DNA from: Paramoeba atlantica
Lineage: Eukaryota > Protista > Discosea
Assembly (NCBI GenBank): GCA_977017575.1
Contig: CDRNVI010000140.1
Span: 62,001-126,000, forward strand
Length of the DNA stretch: 64,000 nucleotides
Reading direction: 5' to 3'
In this document: positions 19,873 through 32,946 of the stretch, piece by piece
Layout: each line of letters begins with the position of its first letter
How positions within the stretch are numbered: the stretch's first letter is position 1
Translations under genes and position numbers: made by a program
The notes under the pieces: model-generated
The model's database searches: none
What the model saw: the letters and a program-made list of their open reading frames with translations, nothing else
Told to the model about the DNA's origin: nothing

Positions 19873-21928
19873 TCCCCCCTTCTCTTCTTAATTGTTTTTG
19901 ATTTATTGCTGGTGAGTCTTAACAAAAACCACCCTCTTGAGAAGCTCTCTGGTTTCATGGATGACTTTGGACTACTTCTGAAAAAAGCTGATATTATTAT
20001 CTCTTGACCCCCACTTTTCAGAAGTATGAAAAGGCAACTGGTGCTCTCTTGAATTACTCAAAGTGTTTTGTTTTGACAACTCAAATGTATAAACCCTCTG
20101 GCCCTTGGTCTACAATGCCCAAAACCAACTTTAGAAGTGATGAGACAACTTATTTAGATGTGTGAATAAGCTATAAGATGGAATCAAGGAAGGATTGGTT
20201 TAAAGTGTGTAAAAAGATGTGAGGAGTAAGTAAGGCCATTAAAAATCAAGGAGGGTCCTTTACAGTAAGAGTAAGGATGATTAACATCTATTTAATTCCC
20301 TGTATGGACTACTTGGCCTGCTTTAAACTTATCCCCCAATCTGTATCTGTGATAGTATAGAAACTTATTCAAGCTACCTTGGGAGCATATGCCAATCTGA
20401 AAACCACCATTCTGACTGCTTGCCATCCTCTTATGGGTAGTAAATGTTAGGTTTGCCACTTCATCCTCTTTAATTGGGCTCTTCTTATCTCTTGTAAACC
20501 TCTAAGTTGTGAATACAAGAATCCCTTGGCTCTTGGAGCTATGAGACTTGATGCTTACTTTGCTGCTTCAAAAATCTCTAAAGAAGTGACTCTGGGAGGC
20601 CCAACCAAAACAAACTATAGTTCCCTTTCTTGCCAAGTACCTATTGTACTTGAAGATATCTACCAAGAGGGTGGAAAGATCAAATGTATTGTTTATAATT
20701 TAGCTTATACTCTTAAACCTCAGCTCTAACAAAATCTTACCAAATTTTTGATTCATGGTTTCTCTACAATGGATAAAATTTTCTATTTTACTTTGGAACT
20801 GCCTACTTGTCAATTATGTAAGAAAGAAAAAGAATCTTGAACTTACCTCCTTGAAACTTGTATTCATGCTAAAAGCTACCTTGAGAAGATGGGATGAAGC
20901 TGTATAAAGTTGAAACTTCCATCTTAGGAATCCTCTTCCTTTGTGTGTGGACTTACTACTCAATACTGCTCAAACCTCTTCACCTCAATAGTGAGTGCTG
21001 CCTTACTTGCACTGTGGTTAACTGTGTGTGCTGAAGGATCCCAATCTGCTGAGTATGCTATTGATATCTTTCACAAAATCTTAAAAAGAACAAACTCCTT
21101 CCCAAACCTCCTCATAAAAACCCAACCTCTGCAAAGAAAAAGAGAGAGATCATAAAGTTCAAGTTTAAAGGATTACAAGTTTTCTATAATGGTTCAGGTT
21201 ATACTGATCCTCATTTTGGTGGTGCTGGCAAAACTATTTTCAGAGATGAAAAGGAAATTCTGACTAGTGCTGAAACTATTCCCTTTGGTACAAATAATGT
21301 TGGTGAATTCAAAGGCTGTCTCTTGGGATTAAAGAGTGCAAAAGGTTTGGGTTCCCACATCCAAATTGTTGGTGATTGTATAATACTAACCAAGGCAGCT
21401 CCTAAGAATTGCAATATTAGTAACCATGAACTTAACTTCCTGTTGATTGAGATTAAAGCAACTGTTGCTAGATTTGAAGATGCTGAATTTATCCATGTTT
21501 TTTATGAACTTAACAAACATGCTGATGCTATTGCTATTGCTGCTAGTTGGTTAGTTATGAATGGAATAGCTGCTGTTAATGATCTCAAATAGAACCCTCA
21601 TATTAAACAAGTTGGAAAAACTGAAGAAGAATGGATTGTTGATAATTCTCTCTTATAGACTAAATTAAACAACTCCCTTGAGTGAAATTGAAGTTATTCC
21701 ATCCCCTCTTCTACACTTTTAAGGAAATTCCAAGGCTTAGTGATTACAACTCAAGTGGTATACTTCTCCAAACATCTCTCTCCTGATGGAACTGATAACA
21801 CCTGTAACCCTTTCTAAAGACTTTTATGATATATATTCTATTTCAATCCTAAGTGATAAGTTATATGAAAGTATGTTGAACAATGAAAAGAAAAGAAAAA
21901 GAAAAAAAAGAAAATATGTAACCTTTAT

Positions 21929-22248
21929 AATTGTGGTATGATGGCTTAGTTGGTAAAACAGCTATTGCTTCAATTTGGGGTTGCAGGTTCAAATTCCAAA
22001 GAGGAAAATATTAAAATATTATTTTCTCTTCTTGCTCACTTGAATGTGAAAAATGAAACAGATTATCCTCTGTCCTGTCTGCTAAAAAGTAGAAAATAAA
22101 TTCCCTGAAAAGGAGTTTAAGTGAATTAAAGGTCTTTAAACTATTTGAACCTAAAGAGGTGAAACTCTATCCTCATTATCTTTAACCTTAAAAAATTAGT
22201 GGCTTTGGGTTAAGCCATCACCTAATAAAGTCCAGTGTTAAAAAGAAG
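21929..22248 (+). mobile_element. SINE family A
   Basis: Same head, body and tail as the other copies; TSD ATATGTAACCTTTA at 21914-21927 and 22249-22262. Confidence 0.9.
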
Positions 22249-22451
22249 ATATGTAACCTTTAAAGAAAGTAGATTTCCTTCAAGTAATGATGAAGATTAA
22301 CTAATTTTTCTAAAAATTAACTGATTTAAATATAATCAACCATATCTATATTATCAATTGGTAAGACTTAAACTATCTTTTCTATCTAGATGATGGTTTT
22401 TTACCTTAATAAATTAATGGCATCTTCTGATATCTAGTAAAAAAAAAAAAA

Positions 22452-23548
22452 TATCTACCAAGAGGGTGGAAAGATCAAATGTATTGTAAATTGTGGTATG
22501 ATGGCTTAGTTGGTAAAACAGCTATTGCTTCAATTTGGGGTTGCAGGTTCAAATCCCAAAGAGGAAAATATTAAAAACATTATTTTCTCTTCCTGTTCAC
22601 TTGAATATGAAAAATAAAACAGATTATTCTCTACTTTGTCTACTAAAAAGTAGAAAATAAATTCTTTGAGAAGGAGTTTAAGTGAATTAAAAGTCTTTGG
22701 ACCATTTGAACCTAAAGAGGTGAAACTCTATCCTCATTATCTTTAACCTTAAAAAATTAGTAGCTTTGGGTTAAACCATCACCTAATAAAGTCCAGTGTT
22801 AAAAAGAAAAGATCAAATGTATTATCTATAACTTAACTCATACTCTTAAATCTCAGCTTCAATAAAATCTTATCAAATTCTTGATTTATGGTCTCCCTAC
22901 AATGGATAAAATTTCTCATTTTACTTTGAAACCTCCTACCTGTCAATTATGTAAGAAAGAAAAAGAATCTCAAACCCACCTCTTTAAAACTTGTATTTGT
23001 GCTAAAAGTTACCTTGAGAAGATGGAACAAAACTGCATAAAGTTAAAACTTTCATCTTGGGAATCCTCTTCCTTTGTGTGTGGACTTACTACTCAATACT
23101 ACTCAAACCTCTTCACCTCAATAGTGAGTGTTGCCTTACTTGCACTGTGGTTAACTATGTGTGTTGAAGGATTCCAATCTGCTGAGTTTTCTATTGATAT
23201 CTTTTACAAAATCTTAAAAAAGAATAAACTCCTTCCCAAACCTCCTTGTAAAGACCCAACCTCTGCAAAGAAAAAGAGAGAGATTGAAAAGTTCAAGTTT
23301 AAAAGCTTACAAGTTTTCTATGATGGTTCAGATTGTACTAATTCTTACTTTGGTGGTGCTGGCTATGCTATTTTCAGAGATGGAAAGGAAATCCTAGCTG
23401 GTGTTGAAACTATTTCCTTTGGTACAAATAATGTTGGTGAATTCAAAGGCTATCTTTTGGAATTAAAGAATGCAAGAGGTTTGGGTTTCTACATCCAAAT
23501 TGTTGGTGATTGTATGATACTAACCAAGGCAACTCTTAAGAATCACAA
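22452..23548 (+). mobile_element. Second 5'-truncated copy of the same LINE (zf-RVT + RNase H ORF 22881-~23548)
   Basis: Repeats ~20656-21420; ORF GLPTMDKI...CQLCKKEKESQTHLFKTC...FYDGSD...GTNNVGEF...IVGDC. Confidence 0.85.
22489..22807 (+). mobile_element. SINE family A
   Basis: Head AATTGTGGTATGATGGCTTAGTTGGTAA, B-box GGTTCAAATCC, TSD AAAGATCAAATGTATT. Confidence 0.9.
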
Positions 23549-23827
23549 TATTACCTTTAAAAAAACCCTTAGAAGTCATCTAAAAATTCTTTTTTATTGT
23601 TATCTTCCCTTTCTCAAGTTTGCTGTGGTAGAAGACCACCCCATGGGAAGCTAAACATATCTGCTGATAGTTCTCAACTTACTCTATCCAATTATGTTCT
23701 CCAAAAGCTTTGATTTGTCTTTCAACAGAGTTGTTGGAGGAAATGCTAATTTAGCACCATTATTCCTGAAAAAAGCAGTTCCATACAGGTATGAATCAAA
23801 TGATTGCTAAGCTTTGGGAGATGATTG

Positions 23828-24353
23828 TGTCAAGTGGCAGGGTTTGGTGGAAGAAGATTGCTGAGAAAAGAAAAAAAAGGTGCAAACTTCATTCCATAGT
23901 GAGAGCTGGGAATATGAAAAAACAAAGTCTCTCACGTGTTTATTTATGAACAGGTTTCAAGCACACATTTGTCAATGTGACACCAAGTGCAAAAGCAGAG
24001 AAACACACACAAATAAAAGCACATATAAGAGACACAAAGACACAACAAGTTTAAGAAAGGGAACAACAGATGATATCAGCACAAATAAATTTACAGGCTG
24101 AAAGATCAGAATATGGAGAATAAACTATGCAATCAAATTGGGTCTGAAATAGGGCAAAGGTATTCTTGAAGGCACAATTCAATGATTGATCAATATCTCA
24201 GTGTGTAGTTGTCAGATTCAGATGGAACTAGCACCATTCGAAAGAGGAAGATGAGGCGCTTCAGGATAGCACAACTCATGATCATAGAATTCACAAATGA
24301 TGTTCTCCATTAAGTCAAACATTCTTCAAACCAAGAATACTGATATTCTAACA
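23828..24353 (-). repeat. Copia 3' LTR (526 bp)
   Basis: Direct repeat of 27112-27545, with 92 extra bp. Confidence 0.93.
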
Positions 24354-24371
24354 CTCCCTTTCATCATGAAG

Positions 24372-25277
24372 TTAATTCGCAGAGCAACAGGGACAAATAA
24401 AATTACTCCAGTGAGGTGTAAACACATTGAGTCCAAGGGGTTTTGTAAAAATATCAGCAAGGTTATCTTTAGTGGGCACATAATCCAATTCAATCAGGCC
24501 ATCTTGCAATGCTTTTCTTGTGTAATGATCAAAGGCTTCAATTTGCTTAGTTCTTTGGTTTACACAAGGTATCTTTGCAATAGCCATCACAGGTTTAGAA
24601 TCAGATTGGAGCAAGAAAGGTCTTTTGTACAGGATGCACAACTCAGAGAGAATGTTATCAACAAATTTCAATTCACAGGATGCTTCAGCAAGGGTATGGT
24701 ATTTAGATTCACAACTGGACCAACAAACTTGAGGAGATTTCTTGGAATGCCAGGATATGGAAGAACCATTTGCAAAAATAGCAAAACTGTAAGATGAGGA
24801 TCTGTCTTCTGTAACATCTTGATGGCTTGAGTCAGCTTGGGCAGAAATCACAAGTTTTTTAGTCTCAGATTTAGATTTGGGAAATACCAATTCATAATTA
24901 GGATATTTGGCAAGATAACTGAGAATTCGCAGAGCAGCTTTATCATAATCTTCAGTGTGGGTGTTCAAGAAGCAAAAGCATTGGGAAACAGCATATGAAA
25001 TATCAGGGCGAGTTTTTGTCAACCAAATTAGAGAACCAACAAGACTTGCATAGGGAAAATCAGTAGGGGGTTCATCAGGCTTAGGCATAGGCAGAACTTT
25101 ACTCACAGCAGGAGTATCACTCTTTCTTATTTTGTGGCAGTCAAAACTCTCCAATAAATTGTTGAGGAAGGCACGCTGATTGAAAGAAATTTCTTTGTGA
25201 TTTTGTTTCACACCACAACCAAGGAACCAGAAGCATTTTCCACTAGGCTTCCACAACAGAAGCATCCCAAGTTTCAC
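24372..25277 (-). pseudogene. Copia RT C-terminus + RNase H
   Basis: FPYASLVGSLIWLTKTRPDISYAVS, ADSS, SWHSKK, NQRTKQI and DNLADIFTKPL motifs. Confidence 0.92.
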
Positions 25278-26770
25278 ACATGTGAGCCACAGAGAAAAGA
25301 TTCATTTCACAATTGGGAACTACAGAGACATCTTGAAGAGGCAGCAAATCAAGATGAATTGCTAAGTCTCCTTGCATTGTAACAGGAATCAGATTGCCAT
25401 TTGCTTGCTTGATGCTTATGGTCATTGCAGGTGGAGTGTTTCTTGTTGTGAGATTTGGATCATTCACAATTGTGTTTGAACAAGCTGAATCAGCAAGAGC
25501 AGTTGCTCCATTTGATTGTTTTGCAACAAAAGCAGATTGAATTGAAGATTGAGAAGAAGAAACAAGAGCAGAAACACAACAAGAGTAAACAGGAATATTG
25601 ATTTTATTTATTTTCATCTTCCAAGCATTGATCTTTTGAACAAAAGCATCGAAATTCACCTTAGCTTGTTGTCCCACAGCATTTTGGTTTGCTGGGTTTG
25701 TGTTGCAACCTTTCACAATGTGACTAGTGGCACCACAATGAAAACAGGCTTTAGCCAGAGGGGTGGGAGGATCTTCCCATTCAGGGTAATTTTGAAACTG
25801 GTTGCATGTTTGAGGAGAAGGAATTAGGGGACTACAGTGAGGAGGACCATTTCCTTGTCTTCCTTGGCAAGGAGGGGCAACATTTCCTTGTTGATTAGGA
25901 TTGGCAGCAGAGTTATTCTTCTTCTGAAAAGCAACATAAGCAGCGGCATTCTCCTTGGTCTTCAAGGCTTGTTTCTTCTTGTTGGCGCTGAAGTGACTAC
26001 CTTCAATTTGTTTTAACTCCAAAAAAGCACTCTCCACTGTCCACTCTCCTATTCTAAGCAATCTTTGAAAGGCTTCCCAACATTGTTGCAGCATGGAATC
26101 TCAAATGTAACCCAATTTCTTGTTCATTGGTATTGGTTTCCCTTTCAATGCTTCAATGTGAAGAAATAACTCCTTCAGTCTCAACTCAAAACTAGAGATC
26201 ATTTCATTTTCTCTGATACAACAATCTTTTAACTTACTTTTCACTTCCTTTACATTGTGAACAATCACAATACTCAGATTTAAGATCAATATATCTCAAA
26301 TAAGTTTTGGTGTTCTTTTCTTCAAATTGCTAAGATACCCCTTCACTTGACCAACACAAGCCTTATTCAGTAAGTTTGTAAGATTCATTTGATTGTCCAT
26401 ATGGTCATTGAAATGTCTTTGGTTGATTTGCTGCTTGTACTTCAATTTCTCTTTGTGTCTCACCTCCAACTCCTTTCTTTCTGCCAAGATTCTTTTCTTC
26501 TCAGCTTTTTCCATTTTTTCTGTAATCTTCTCCAGCTCCTCCTCAAACTTAATTAGAACAGGTTCACCTGTAAGAACTTTGTCAAGAAATAGATGATGTA
26601 CAAGGTTCTAAGTGCTGAGTCGAATGAGTGTTTCTTTTTGCCAGAGCATGAATTCAATGGTGGATTCACCTTTGAGTTCATTAATCTTGAGTGCACCCTT
26701 CCATGTCTTGTTCTTTGGTTCAAACTCTGGCCAATCTACTACTCTATAATCATCTTCCATAGTTGAGGAT
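25243..26770 (-). pseudogene. Copia Gag-protease (fragmented)
   Basis: Start MEDDYRVVDWPEF at ~26760; CCHC knuckle CFHCGATSHIVKGC; protease LADSACS; copia-type V.VVP...NLFSV. Confidence 0.88.
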
Positions 26771-27094
26771 GTGGCAAATGTAAAAGAGTGAGAGAGAAAA
26801 GCAAAAAACAGTGACAGAAGAAGACAGGTGAAAAAAACTGAGAAAACCACACAAAATTGTGAAAACACACAATTAAAACAAACAGAAAGACAGGCAAAAG
26901 GAATGAAAGAGCAAGAGCAATAAAAAGAAATTGAGTGAAGTTGTTGAATGAACAAGAAAATGGGTGCGGATAAGCAAAAACAAAAACAAAAACAAAAAAC
27001 AAAAAAACAAAAAATAAAACAAAAATAAAACAAAAAATAAAACAAAGAAAGTTGTAGAACATTGAAGTTCTACTGATGACAAGATCAGACAGAG

Positions 27095-27111
27095 AGCCTA
27101 GACTTTTAATC
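27095..27111 (-). promoter_or_regulatory. Primer-binding site complementary to the anticodon arm of tRNA-Lys(UUU)
   Basis: Plus strand AGCCTAGACTTTTAATC abuts the 5' LTR; 16/17 identical to the PBS at 1592. Confidence 0.65.
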
Positions 27112-27545
27112 TGTCAAGTGGCAGGGTTTGGTGGAAGAAGATTGCTGAGAAAAGAAAAGAAAGATACAAACTTCATTCCATGGTGAGAGTTAGGAATGTG
27201 AAAAAACAAAGTCTCTCACATGTTTATTTATGAACAGGTTTCAAGCACACATTTGTCAATGTGACACCAAGTGCAAATAAATTCACAGGCTGAAAGATCA
27301 GAATATGGAGAATAAACTATGCAATCAAATTGGGTCTGAAATAGGGCAAAGGTATTCTTGAAGGCACAATTCAATGATTGATCAATATCTCAGTGTGTAG
27401 TTGTCAGATTCAGATGGAACTAGCACCATTCGAAAGAGGAAGATGAGGCGCTTTAGGATAGTACAACTTGTGATCATAGAATTCACAAATGATGTTCTCC
27501 ATTAAGTCAAACATTCTTCAAACCAAGAATACTGATATTTTAACA
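27112..27545 (-). repeat. Copia 5' LTR (434 bp)
   Basis: Direct repeat of 23828-24353 with a 92-bp internal deletion. Confidence 0.93.
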
Positions 27546-29713
27546 GATTGATATAAAGAATGCCTCTCTGTCCACTCACCTTGCTACCAAACTGAATTTG
27601 ACTCTCATCAAAAGAGCCAAAGTACACCCCCTCTTCTCAGTAGGAGCCTTTGCCTTCCCCAATGAGATTCCTACCTTCCCCAACTTCCTGAGAGCTATTG
27701 AAAGCCAAACTAACCTCAAGGGAAGTATTAGAGTGGAGGCAAGGGTCAAAAACTATGCTATCCTTGCCCACAAAGAGGAAGATATCCTCATAATCCAATT
27801 TATTATTGAAGAGAAAGGAAACTTGATTATCCATCAACTTGAGAGTTCCTGTATCTGGAAAATCAATCATAATGCCCATTTGTAGGGGATCAAGATCAAA
27901 CTCCCTTACCAAGTTTCAGAAAATAAGTGGATTTACAATTTATTCAATAGAGAGGACTGCCTTCCCTCTCTCAATCTTAAAAAAGTGGTACAAGTCTCTG
28001 ATGACTGCATCATCATCTTCTATAAATCCATTCCTCTCTCTCTAGTTTGCTTTATTGCCAAGACCAAAGGATTCATCTGAATCAATACTTTGATCAAAGC
28101 CAAGTGTTCCATTTGGATGCCTATGAAACCATACCATCTTTTTGTTGAGTGCCCCCTATGTGGGGTGAACCATCTTACAAGCCTTACTTGCACTGTGGAG
28201 ATCATCCAGAAACAAGGTAAAAATGCTATTAGCAAGCTTTTTGAAGATGAGCAACAAAGCTTTAGTCTTGAGAAAAACCAAATCATGATCACAAATGTAA
28301 AAAAGTATGAAGGAATGAAATTTATTTACAAAAAAGAAAAGCCAACTGAAGAACAGATCTCTAAGAAAAAAGTTGAAATTGTTGGAATGGAGAGCAAGGA
28401 GGAAGGAATGAGCAATAACTTTGAAATGAAAGGTAAGAATGAACAAGAAAAGAGGGAAGTGAATGAATAGAAAAAAAGGGAAAAGGATGGTGATGGAGAT
28501 ATAATTATGATCAGAGAGAGAATAGTTGACAGTGAGGAAGAAAGTGAGGAAGAGAGGAAGAAGGATGGATTAGTTATAGTGAAAGTCCCCTTGGAAGGAG
28601 GAAGGATTGAAGAAATGAGTTTCAGTATAGGTGAGGAAGCTTGAGCATGGTTGGGGGATCTCTCAACCAAATTTGGGTAGAAGCAGGAAATGAAAGAACT
28701 CAAAAAAACAGTTATAAATCTTGAAAACAGGAAATATAAATTACCAAATGAAAAACTTCAACAAGTTTTGATTGAAACAGTTAAATTTATAGCTTCAAAC
28801 ATGGCTAAATTTAAGAAAAGACCAAAACAATTATCAGTTAAAGAAACAAGGAAAATAATTGATAAAGATAGTGAGAAAGTGAGGCAAAGCAAAAAGAAAT
28901 TAAAAGGCAACACAGACAAAAGGTTGGAGGTCAAAAAATCAAATGCAATTTCCAAAACCATTATTAATGGTTCAAGATCTGGAAACCAGCAGGGTGAGAA
29001 ATTTTGAAGGTGTCCTTCTTTTGTTTTCCTCCACTGGTGTTCCTTTCCCCTCTTTTTCCACTGGTGTTCCTCCCCCTTCTTCCTTTACTAGTGTTCAGAG
29101 TGTTCCCCCTTCCAAAGGTGTCTTTGGAGTCCCTAGATCACAAGTCAAAATAGCAACCTAGAAAAAGAATGTTACCAGCCTGTAAAACCAAAAAAAAACA
29201 CTACTTCTTTTAGTAATTCAGACAAACATAAATTTTCAACTTTTTTATTTGATTCTCATTTTGGCAATAGCCAAAAAATTACTAATTCCCCCTTTCCCTC
29301 TTGATTTTGGGATGTTGGCCTTGATGGAAGCCCAAATTTATCCCCTGATGACCCTCAGAGAAGCTTCTCTATTGTTTAAAAGGAAAAAGAAGAAAAGTTT
29401 AAAGAAAAAAGAAAAAAAAAAAAGAAAAAACTAGAAAAAAAAAGAAAAAAAAGTTGAAGAAAGTTGAAGAAAGAAAAAAAGTTGAAAAAAAGTTCTAAGT
29501 TGAAAGTTAATTAAAAAAAAAGAAAAGAAATACCAGAAAATAGAACAAAAGATGGTGAACAAAAGAAAAAAAAAAGGAAAAAAGAATAATCAAGATATTA
29601 GAAAATATGGACTCCTTCAACCCCTCTCTCTGAGATCTGATGTGTAAAATGAAGAAAAACTTAAGATCTGCAAGAGGATAGCAGCTAGCTCCCAGCTCCT
29701 GTTCATTTTTCTC

Positions 29714-30046
29714 TTTTTTCTTTTTAACACTGGACTTTATTAGGTGATAGCCTAATCCAAAGCTACTAATTTTTTAAAGTTAAAGATAACAAGGATAGAG
29801 TTTCATCTCTTTAAGTTCAAATGGTCTAAAGACCTTTAATTCACTTAAACTCCTTCTTAGAGAATTTATTCTCTGCTTTTTAGCAAACAGAGCAGAAGAT
29901 AACCTATTCTGTTTTTCACATTCAAGTGAGCAGGAAGAGAAAATAATGTTTTTAATATTTTCTTCTTTAGGATTTAAACCTGCAACCCTGAATTGAAGCA
30001 ATAGCTGTTTTACCAACTAAGCCATTATAAATAATTTGCCACAATT
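29714..30046 (-). mobile_element. SINE family A inserted in the LINE endonuclease
   Basis: Reverse complement of SINE A; imperfect TSD TGTTCATYTTYCTC; removal restores SQLLFIFLQEI. Confidence 0.88.
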
Positions 30047-31230
30047 ACTTGTTCATCTTCCTCCAGGAAATCTATACAACATCTGAAAATGATCTTGATC
30101 ATCTTAAAAACCACTTAAGGAAGTACATTTGGTTTCATGACTCTTTCTCTGAGAGGAAACATGGTCTTGCAATTGGGATTAGATGTGTGGAAGAATTGAG
30201 AGATCCTTCTCCTTTCTGTTTTAAGAAAAATGAAGGTGGATTGTTTGGTTTAAAAGTTTTCATCCAAAATCAGGAATTCTTGGCCCTTAATGTTTATCAC
30301 CACCCTAGTCTGAAATTGAAACACCTAATGGAAGAATCCTCCTGGTTTTTCTCCCCTTAGAGCAAAAATATTCTGGCTGAGAACCTCAATTGGGACTTGA
30401 ATGAAACCAATTGCTAGAAATTAATTGAACACCTCTCTGATTTGAATCTGTTTTGCCTCAACTGGTCAGAACCTACCCATTTTCAAGGCTGATGCATTGA
30501 CCACATCTTCCTTCCTTCTGAGGCTTCTGAAGATCATTTGTTTGTGAATGCAATCTCATTTGGATTTAAAGATCATGCTGTAATGATTAGAGGAGCCAGT
30601 ATAAAAAAGTGGAAGATCAACTCTCAGAAGAAGAGGATTCTTGAATATCTAATTAATGACCCTAAATTTATCTCTGCTCTCTTTGAAGCTGTTAGAAACT
30701 ACTTTGTGGGTGACCTTGTGATCTGTTTTGATAAAATGAAATCTGAAGTCTGGAGATTGACTGCTCTGTGGAAGAACAAGCACAAGGAAGCTCATCTCTT
30801 TAAGAAACTTTGGAAACTACAGACTTTAGTTAAGAAGCTGAAAACAATTCAAATCCTTAGAAAGGATAGCCCAACCCACCCCTTCACCTTCCTAAAAGCT
30901 GAACTGAGAGAAGCAGCTGTTGAAAATTGGGATAACCCTCTGAAAGGGCAGAAATGGAGATTAAAGATTATACCTTGGATGATTAAAGTTAGTCTCTCTT
31001 GGATATCAAGCCTTGAACAACAACTTGGAGTCTTCCTTGACAACCACCCAACTCATTCCAACAAGAAGTCCTCCCACAAGGTGAGAAGAGTGATTGTTGA
31101 TGGCATCTTGTCTCATGACTCATCTATTGTGAGAGAAGCTATTAAAGGCTTTTGGAGCAATCTTTTGAGAACTGAATGTTCTTCTGATCTTAAAGCCCTT
31201 GATGAACTTCTTAACAACCACCCCTTTCAC

Positions 31231-31557
31231 TTTCTTCTTTTTAACACTAGACTTTTTTATTAAGTGATGGCTTAACCTAAAGCCACTAATTTTTTAAGGT
31301 TAAAGATAATAAAGATAGAGTTTCACCTCTTTAGGTTCAAAAGGTCTAAAGACCTTTAATTCACTTAAACTCTTTCTTAGGGAATTTATTCTCTGCTTTT
31401 TAGCAGACAGGGCAGAGAATAATCTGTTCTATTTTTCACATTCAAGTGAGCAGGAAGAGAAAATAATGTTTTTAATATTTTCCTCTTTGGGATTTGAACC
31501 TGCAACCTTGAATTGAAATAATACCTGTTTTACCAACTAAGCTATCATGCCACAATC
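31231..31557 (-). mobile_element. SINE family A
   Basis: Reverse complement of SINE A, including TACCAACTAAGC (A-box complement) and GGATTTGAACC (B-box complement). Confidence 0.88.
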
Positions 31558-31708
31558 AGCTTATCAGTATGCTTCTTTGTGTAGCCAATCTCTTCAGGAT
31601 ACTTTAGATCTAATAATAAATTATCAATCCTCTTCTCATCATCACAACACCTGCTCTTTCAACCCTTCATCACACTACATGTCTTCCCAAACCACTTCAA
31701 TTAACCTC

Positions 31709-31800
31709 TCTTCCCCTTCCCCTTCCTCTTCCCCTTCTCCTTCCCCTTCTCCTTCCCCTTCCTCTTCCCCTTCCCCTTCCCCTTCCCCTTCCCCTTCTTC
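31709..31800. repeat. Imperfect (TTCCCC/TTCTCC)n hexamer microsatellite
   Basis: About 15 tandem pyrimidine hexamers. Confidence 0.9.
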
Positions 31801-32742
31801 TCTTTCTCAATCACCAGGAAAAAACTCTCAATTTCCCTTTTCCCATTCTTCCTTTCCACTACCATCCTAAAGTAATTTCTCTCCTTCCACTCATCTCTCA
31901 GAAAGTTCACATTCTTCTTTTCCTTCTCCATCTCCTTCTTTCCAAACTACATCCTCTCCAATCCACATTTCTTCCCCTCCCTTTTCTCTTTCCCAATCTT
32001 TCACAACTCTTTTTCCCCCATTATCAACCTTAAAAATGAATAATTTTCTATTTTCTTTTATTCCTTTCTCAGTTTATTCTCTTTGTTCCCCTTTCTTTGA
32101 GAAACCCCAAGTTAAACACCTTATTTTGTTCAACTGGGCTCTGCTGATATCGAGGAAATCTCTTCAAGATCATTATAGGAATCCATTGTCTATTGGGGCC
32201 ATGAGGATTAATGCTCTGGAAGCGAGTGGTGCTATTTCAGAACAAGTGAAGCTAGGCTCTAAAATGAAAAGATTCTTCTCTCTCCTCTCTCAGAACATTT
32301 TTGTGGGAGTGGAGAACTTCTATGTGGGGGATGAGTGCTTGAAATGTGTGATCTACAATTTGTCTCTTCCACAAAGACTTTAGATTAAACAAAACCTTCT
32401 AAAGTTCTTCTTGAGGGGCCTCCCAACTGTGGATAAGATTGCCCACTTCACATCTGTGAGTCCACTTTGTCAGCTGTGTAAGAAAGCCAAAGAGTCAAGG
32501 GTGCACCTCCTTGAAGAATGTCTGAAAGCTAAGGCAATTTTGGAAACTATTGAGAAGAGATGCTTTGTTTTAAAAATTCTTAGGTGGGAGAGTGCTAACT
32601 TTGTGTGTGGTTTCATAAACCAGTATTTAAAGAAGGTTGAAGCATCTGCAGTGAGTGCAGCTCTATTGAGCTTGTGGATCACTGTATATGCAGAAGAATC
32701 TAAGTCACCAAGCTTTGCTATTAAAATTTTTGATGAGATTGC

Positions 32743-32933
32743 TGCAATGGAGAAATTGACAACTCCTTGATAAAGACATTTATGTCTTTTTGATTTACTA
32801 AATAAAGGAGAATGAGTGTTGACATGAAACCACCAAATTCTAAAACAGTCTAACATTCACTTTTCAAATTCTAAAATTGCACAACAACATTTTAATTGCT
32901 TTTATTATTCACTGTAAAATCTATCATTTTACA
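32743..32933 (+). repeat. Gypsy B 5' LTR
   Basis: TGCAATGGAG...CATTTTACA; repeated at 47151-47341, where the terminal CA has become TA. Confidence 0.9.
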
Positions 32934-32946
32934 TTTGAAGGCTTCA

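Larger units (their letters stand above)
18170..22451 (+). mobile_element. 5'-truncated L1-like LINE (RT, zf-RVT, RNase H, poly(A)), degenerate
   Basis: RT motifs FRPISVTNSDYQI, TDFCKV*DYV, VQQGCPIFPLLF, FMDDFG. Zn finger CQLC..ES..L..C. RNase H FYNGSG...GTNNVGEF...IVGDC...HVFYELNKHAD. Poly(A) at ~22439-22451. Confidence 0.85.
23828..27545 (-). mobile_element. Ty1/copia LTR retrotransposon, internally deleted (integrase and RT core lost)
   Basis: LTRs at 23828-24353 and 27112-27545 with TG...CA ends; 5-bp TSD GATTG at 23823-23827 and 27546-27550; PPT GAAAGGGAG; PBS 27095-27111. Confidence 0.93.
23630..31230 (+). mobile_element. LINE 5' region: ORF1-like sequence (Zn knuckle) and ORF2 AP-endonuclease; interrupted by the copia element and a SINE
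   Basis: Frame is continuous across the copia TSD (MIAKLWEMI/DIKNASL). CPLCGVNHLTSLTC at ~28150. APE motifs FIFLQEI, LNVYHH, PTHFQG*CIDHIF. 30960-31230 matches 18180-18450. The 5' boundary is approximate. Confidence 0.6.

Noticed and set aside
23623-23640. TAGAAGACCACC shared with ~51644-51655
   Set aside because: A single 12-bp match between unrelated contexts in 64 kb, with no extension on either side.
31709-31800. Interstitial telomere repeat
   Set aside because: The imperfect TTCCCC/TTCTCC/TTCCTC mix does not match a telomere unit I can support, so it is treated as a microsatellite.
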